From: a virus
Lineage: Duplodnaviria; Heunggongvirae; Uroviricota; Caudoviricetes
Strand: one strand, 5' to 3'
Virus record (IMG/VR): IMGVR_UViG_2645727640_000051
Coordinates: 1-10,675 of that record
Length of the DNA stretch: 10,675 nt
Part shown: positions 7,972-10,675 of the stretch, piece by piece
Layout: each line of letters begins with the position of its first letter
How positions within the stretch are numbered: position 1 is the first letter of the stretch
Position numbers and translations under genes: made by a program
The notes under the pieces: model-generated
What the model was told of the DNA's origin: nothing
What the model saw: the letters and a program-made list of their open reading frames with translations, nothing else
Database searches by the model: none

Positions 7972-8127
7972 AGCTTCAGCCCCTTGTATCCGTTAAATGA
8001 TTCGGCAACAATCATCACCCACCACGCGCGTAATCTCACCCCTGCGCCGTTCTCCCGACCCGGCGACAACAAAAAGCAGTAACCCCCTCCGCACGCACAT
8101 GCGACCATGCCGCACAGGGAGGGAAAG
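7972..8127. promoter_or_regulatory. Divergent intergenic region expected to carry the late promoters for the FI operon (leftward) and for D (rightward)
   Basis: 156-bp gap between the divergent starts of FI (7971, minus) and D (8128, plus). This is a positional inference; no canonical sigma70 or Ogr box could be confirmed by eye. Confidence 0.35.
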
Positions 8128-9237
8128 ATGACCGACACCACCATGCAATTGCTCAGTCAGGGCACAGACCCCGTGAAAATGCCGGATTTTGATATTCTCG
8201 CGGAGGGTAAAACGCTGTCAGGCGTGGCAGAGCGCCTGATGAGCCTGTCACTGACCGACAACCGGGGATTTGAGGCGGACCAGCTCACCATCACGCTGGA
8301 TGATGCGGATGGTCAGTTGCAGCTACCGCCACGGGGCGCGCGCCTGACGGTTCTCATTGGCTGGAAAGGAGAACCGCTGACAGAAAAAGGCACTTACATT
8401 GTTGATGAAATCGCTCACGAAGGACCGCCGGACAGGCTGACTGTTTCAGCCAGAAGCGCAGATTTTCGGGATGAATTTAACGTTAAACGTGAGGTGTCAT
8501 GGCATGATGTGACCGTTGAGCGTGTGGTATCCGCCATCGCTCATCGGTACGGCCTGAAACCGCAAATCAGCGAAATGCTGATGGATATCGAAATCGACCA
8601 CGCCGACCAGACTGAAGAAAGCGACATGTCCTTCCTTACGCGCATGGCGGAAATGCTGGGCGCAATCACCACGGTAAAAAGCGGTAATCTGTTATTCATC
8701 ATGCCCGGCGGTGGCGTGAACGCACAGGGCCAGCCGTTGCCATCGTTCGCCATCACACGCAGCAGCGGCGATCGCCATCAGTTCCGCATTGCTGACCGCG
8801 AAGCGTATACGGGGGTACGCGCTTACTGGCTTGATCTTAATTACGGGAAAAAGAAAAAAGTCAGCGTGAAACGCCGCAAACCGCCAAAACCCAAAAAGGA
8901 GAAAAGCAGCAGCCGTGAAGGTGATTATATGGAAGGCGCGGAAGGCAATGTGTTTGTGTTACGCAAAACTTATCAGAACGAGCAGGCAGCAAGACGCGCA
9001 GCAGCGGCAAAGTGGCAGCAGCTACAACGCGGAGCCGCATCATTCTCCATCACGCTGGCGCGTGGACGTGCAGAACTCTACCCTGAAATGCATGGCACGG
9101 TGACAGGCTTCAAAAATGACATCGACAATCAGGACTGGATTATTGCAAAGGCCGAGCACACCATTGATAACAGCGGTTTTACCACGCAGCTTGAGCTTGA
9201 AGCAAAAATTCCTGACTGGATAGCGGAAACTGAATAA
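8128..9237 (+). CDS. Phage late control / tail protein D (P2 gpD family)
   Basis: About 370-aa ORF immediately upstream of ogr, as in P2 (D-ogr). The start at 8128 (MTDTTMQ…) is preceded by GGGAGGG; the ORF-track start at 8107 lacks an RBS. Confidence 0.8.
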   Translation: MTDTTMQLLSQGTDPVKMPDFDILAEGKTLSGVAERLMSLSLTDNRGFEADQLTITLDDADGQLQLPPRGARLTVLIGWKGEPLTEKGTYIVDEIAHEGPPDRLTVSARSADFRDEFNVKREVSWHDVTVERVVSAIAHRYGLKPQISEMLMDIEIDHADQTEESDMSFLTRMAEMLGAITTVKSGNLLFIMPGGGVNAQGQPLPSFAITRSSGDRHQFRIADREAYTGVRAYWLDLNYGKKKKVSVKRRKPPKPKKEKSSSREGDYMEGAEGNVFVLRKTYQNEQAARRAAAAKWQQLQRGAASFSITLARGRAELYPEMHGTVTGFKNDIDNQDWIIAKAEHTIDNSGFTTQLELEAKIPDWIAETE

Positions 9238-9275
9238 AATGAAATGGAGTTCAACTCTCACGGGGAGTCATCATT

Positions 9276-9524
9276 ATGTTCAGATGTCCATTCTGCGGCG
9301 CTATGGCCCGCACCCGCACCAGCCGAAGAATGACCAACATGACAATCAGGCAGTATCACCAGTGCCAGAATCTGGAATGTAGCCGGTCATTTACCACGCT
9401 TAATAGCGTGGAAAGGGAAGTCACAAAGCGCGCAGGTATTGCGCCGTTACCGCCTGACTTCATACCCCACGATGCCTTTCCGGCGTCTCACTACGGAAGG
9501 GATCAACTAAGCCTGTCATTGTGA
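9276..9524 (+). CDS. ogr: Ogr/Delta-family zinc-finger late transcription activator
   Basis: 82-aa ORF with a Cys-X2-Cys…Cys-X4-Cys pattern (MFRCPFCGA…HQCQNLEC) typical of P2 Ogr, 186 B and P4 Delta. GGGGAG RBS 8 nt upstream. Position after D, as in P2. Confidence 0.85.
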   Translation: MFRCPFCGAMARTRTSRRMTNMTIRQYHQCQNLECSRSFTTLNSVEREVTKRAGIAPLPPDFIPHDAFPASHYGRDQLSLSL

Positions 9525-9626
9525 TAAAACCCCACTAACATGCGGGGCTTTATCATTGTTATGTGGACACTTTTGTCGAAGTGTAGTCAATATGTAGACG
9601 AAGTTTAGGATAAATCCTTTTGTTCC

Positions 9627-9649
9627 ATAAGGTTAAGGGCGAGATTTTT
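9627..9649. other. Candidate attR core region (tentative)
   Basis: Sequence ATAAGGTTAAGGGCGAGATTTTT resembles, from memory only, part of the P2 att core (…ATAAG…TAAGGGAGATT), and sits where attR is expected between ogr and host DNA. Unverified. Confidence 0.2.
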
Positions 9650-9665
9650 CCCCATCCCTGTCTTC

Positions 9666-9691
9666 CCCCACATGATGTGGGGTTTTTTTTT
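9666..9691 (+). terminator. Intrinsic terminator (GC stem CCCCAC…GTGGGG followed by a T9 run)
   Basis: Hairpin CCCCACATGATGTGGGG followed directly by nine T residues on the plus strand. It would stop ogr/D read-through before fieF. Whether it is phage- or host-derived is unknown. Confidence 0.75.
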
Positions 9692-9772
9692 ATCCTCAAT
9701 TTGCCTGCTGCTTAATGCATTGCAGATGATTTGCTTCCGTTATACTAGCGTCAGTTGATAGCGGGAGTATTT

Positions 9773-10675
9773 ATGAATCAATCTTATGGACGGCTGGTCA
9801 GTCGGGCGGCGATTGCTGCGACGGCGATGGCTTCGTTGCTATTGCTGATTAAAATTTTTGCATGGTGGTATACCGGGTCGGTGAGTATTCTCGCCGCGCT
9901 GGTGGATTCGCTGGTGGATATCGGCGCGTCGTTGACGAATTTACTGGTGGTGCGATATTCCCTGCAACCTGCCGACGATAATCACTCGTTTGGGCACGGT
10001 AAAGCAGAGTCCCTCGCGGCGCTGGCGCAAAGTATGTTTATCTCCGGTTCGGCACTATTCCTGTTTTTGACGGGTATTCAACATCTGATATCTCCAACAC
10101 CGATGACAGATCCAGGCGTCGGGGTTATCGTGACAATTGTGGCGCTAATTTGTACGATTATCCTTGTCTCGTTTCAGCGTTGGGTGGTGCGCCGGACGCA
10201 AAGCCAGGCGGTGCGGGCTGATATGCTACATTACCAGTCTGATGTTATGATGAACGGCGCAATTCTGCTGGCGCTGGGGTTGTCCTGGTACGGCTGGCAT
10301 CGCGCCGATGCTCTGTTTGCATTGGGAATCGGCATCTATATTTTATATAGCGCGTTACGCATGGGATATGAGGCGGTACAGTCATTACTGGATCGCGCAT
10401 TGCCTGATGAGGAACGGCAAGAAATTATTGATATCGTGACTTCCTGGCCGGGTGTTAGCGGCGCTCACGATCTTCGCACGCGGCAGTCAGGGCCGACCCG
10501 CTTTATTCAGATTCATTTGGAAATGGAAGACTCTCTGCCTTTGGTTCAGGCACATATGGTGGCGGATCAGGTAGAGCAGGCTATTTTACGGCGTTTTCCG
10601 GGATCGGATGTAATTATCCATCAGGACCCCTGTTCCGTCGTACCCAGGGAGGGTAAACGGTCTATGCTTTCATAA
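9773..10675 (+). CDS. fieF: Cation-diffusion-facilitator ferrous-iron/zinc efflux transporter FieF (YiiP)
   Basis: Translation from the ATG at 9773 ([38 protein letters not shown]…) matches enterobacterial FieF: 300 aa, multi-TM N-terminal domain, cytoplasmic C-terminal domain. GGGAG RBS 5 nt upstream. The ORF-track start at 9755 is a TTG and is rejected. Confidence 0.93.

Larger units (their letters stand above)
1..9691. mobile_element. P2-like prophage, right arm (tail fibre cassette, invertase, tail module, D, ogr, junction); left boundary lies outside the window
   Basis: Contiguous set of P2-family tail genes (U, T, E/E', FII, FI, D) plus an Ogr-type activator immediately before a host gene (fieF). 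In P2, ogr is the last gene before att, so the right prophage end should fall between 9525 and 9772. The end coordinate is approximate. Confidence 0.85.

Noticed and set aside
7480-8082. 200-aa plus-strand ORF and the nested 7485-7667 ORF
   Set aside because: Antisense to the well-supported tail sheath gene. The translation is Cys/Arg/His-rich nonsense-like and is not a plausible protein.
8107-8127. ORF-track start of D at 8107 (MPHREGK…)
   Set aside because: There is no Shine-Dalgarno upstream, and the strong GGGAGGG RBS sits inside this extension, pointing to the ATG at 8128.
8844-8860. A-rich tract GGGAAAAAGAAAAAAG in D as a second programmed frameshift or slippage site
   Set aside because: The D frame continues uninterrupted through it to a well-formed C-terminus, and no alternative frame of meaningful length opens here. 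It is simply a run of Lys codons.
9755-9772. ORF-track start of fieF at 9755 (MIAGVF…)
   Set aside because: It is a TTG codon, and the extension is absent from FieF as I know it. The ATG at 9773 with a GGGAG RBS gives the expected 300-aa protein.
1-10675. CRISPR arrays, tRNA/rRNA genes, insertion-sequence ends
   Set aside because: No regularly spaced direct repeats, no cloverleaf-like tRNA candidates and no transposase ORFs or terminal inverted repeats were seen on reading the window. The only mobile element is the prophage itself.

Overview
This window is the right-hand tail-module end of a P2-like temperate prophage running into host chromosome at fieF. Left to right: a minus-strand tail-fibre cassette (tail-fibre assembly protein 1-531, variable C-terminal tail-fibre segment 532-1698) abutting a 26-bp Gin/Hin/Pin-type crossover site (1681-1706); a plus-strand serine DNA invertase (1761-2351) ending in a perfect-palindrome terminator; then, on the minus strand, homologues of P2 U, T (tape measure), E/E', FII (tube) and FI (sheath) (2380-7971); then on the plus strand gpD (8128-9237) and an Ogr-type zinc-finger late activator (9276-9524), a probable attR/terminator junction, and intact host fieF (9773-10675). 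The two most notable points are (1) a Mu G-segment-like invertible tail-fibre switch embedded in a P2-type tail module, with the cassette in view in the silent orientation, and (2) the FI-FII-E-T-U block being inverted relative to D-ogr and to the inferred tail-fibre constant region, which breaks the canonical P2 FETUD operon. All protein assignments rest on reading the supplied translations against remembered family features; no database search was run.
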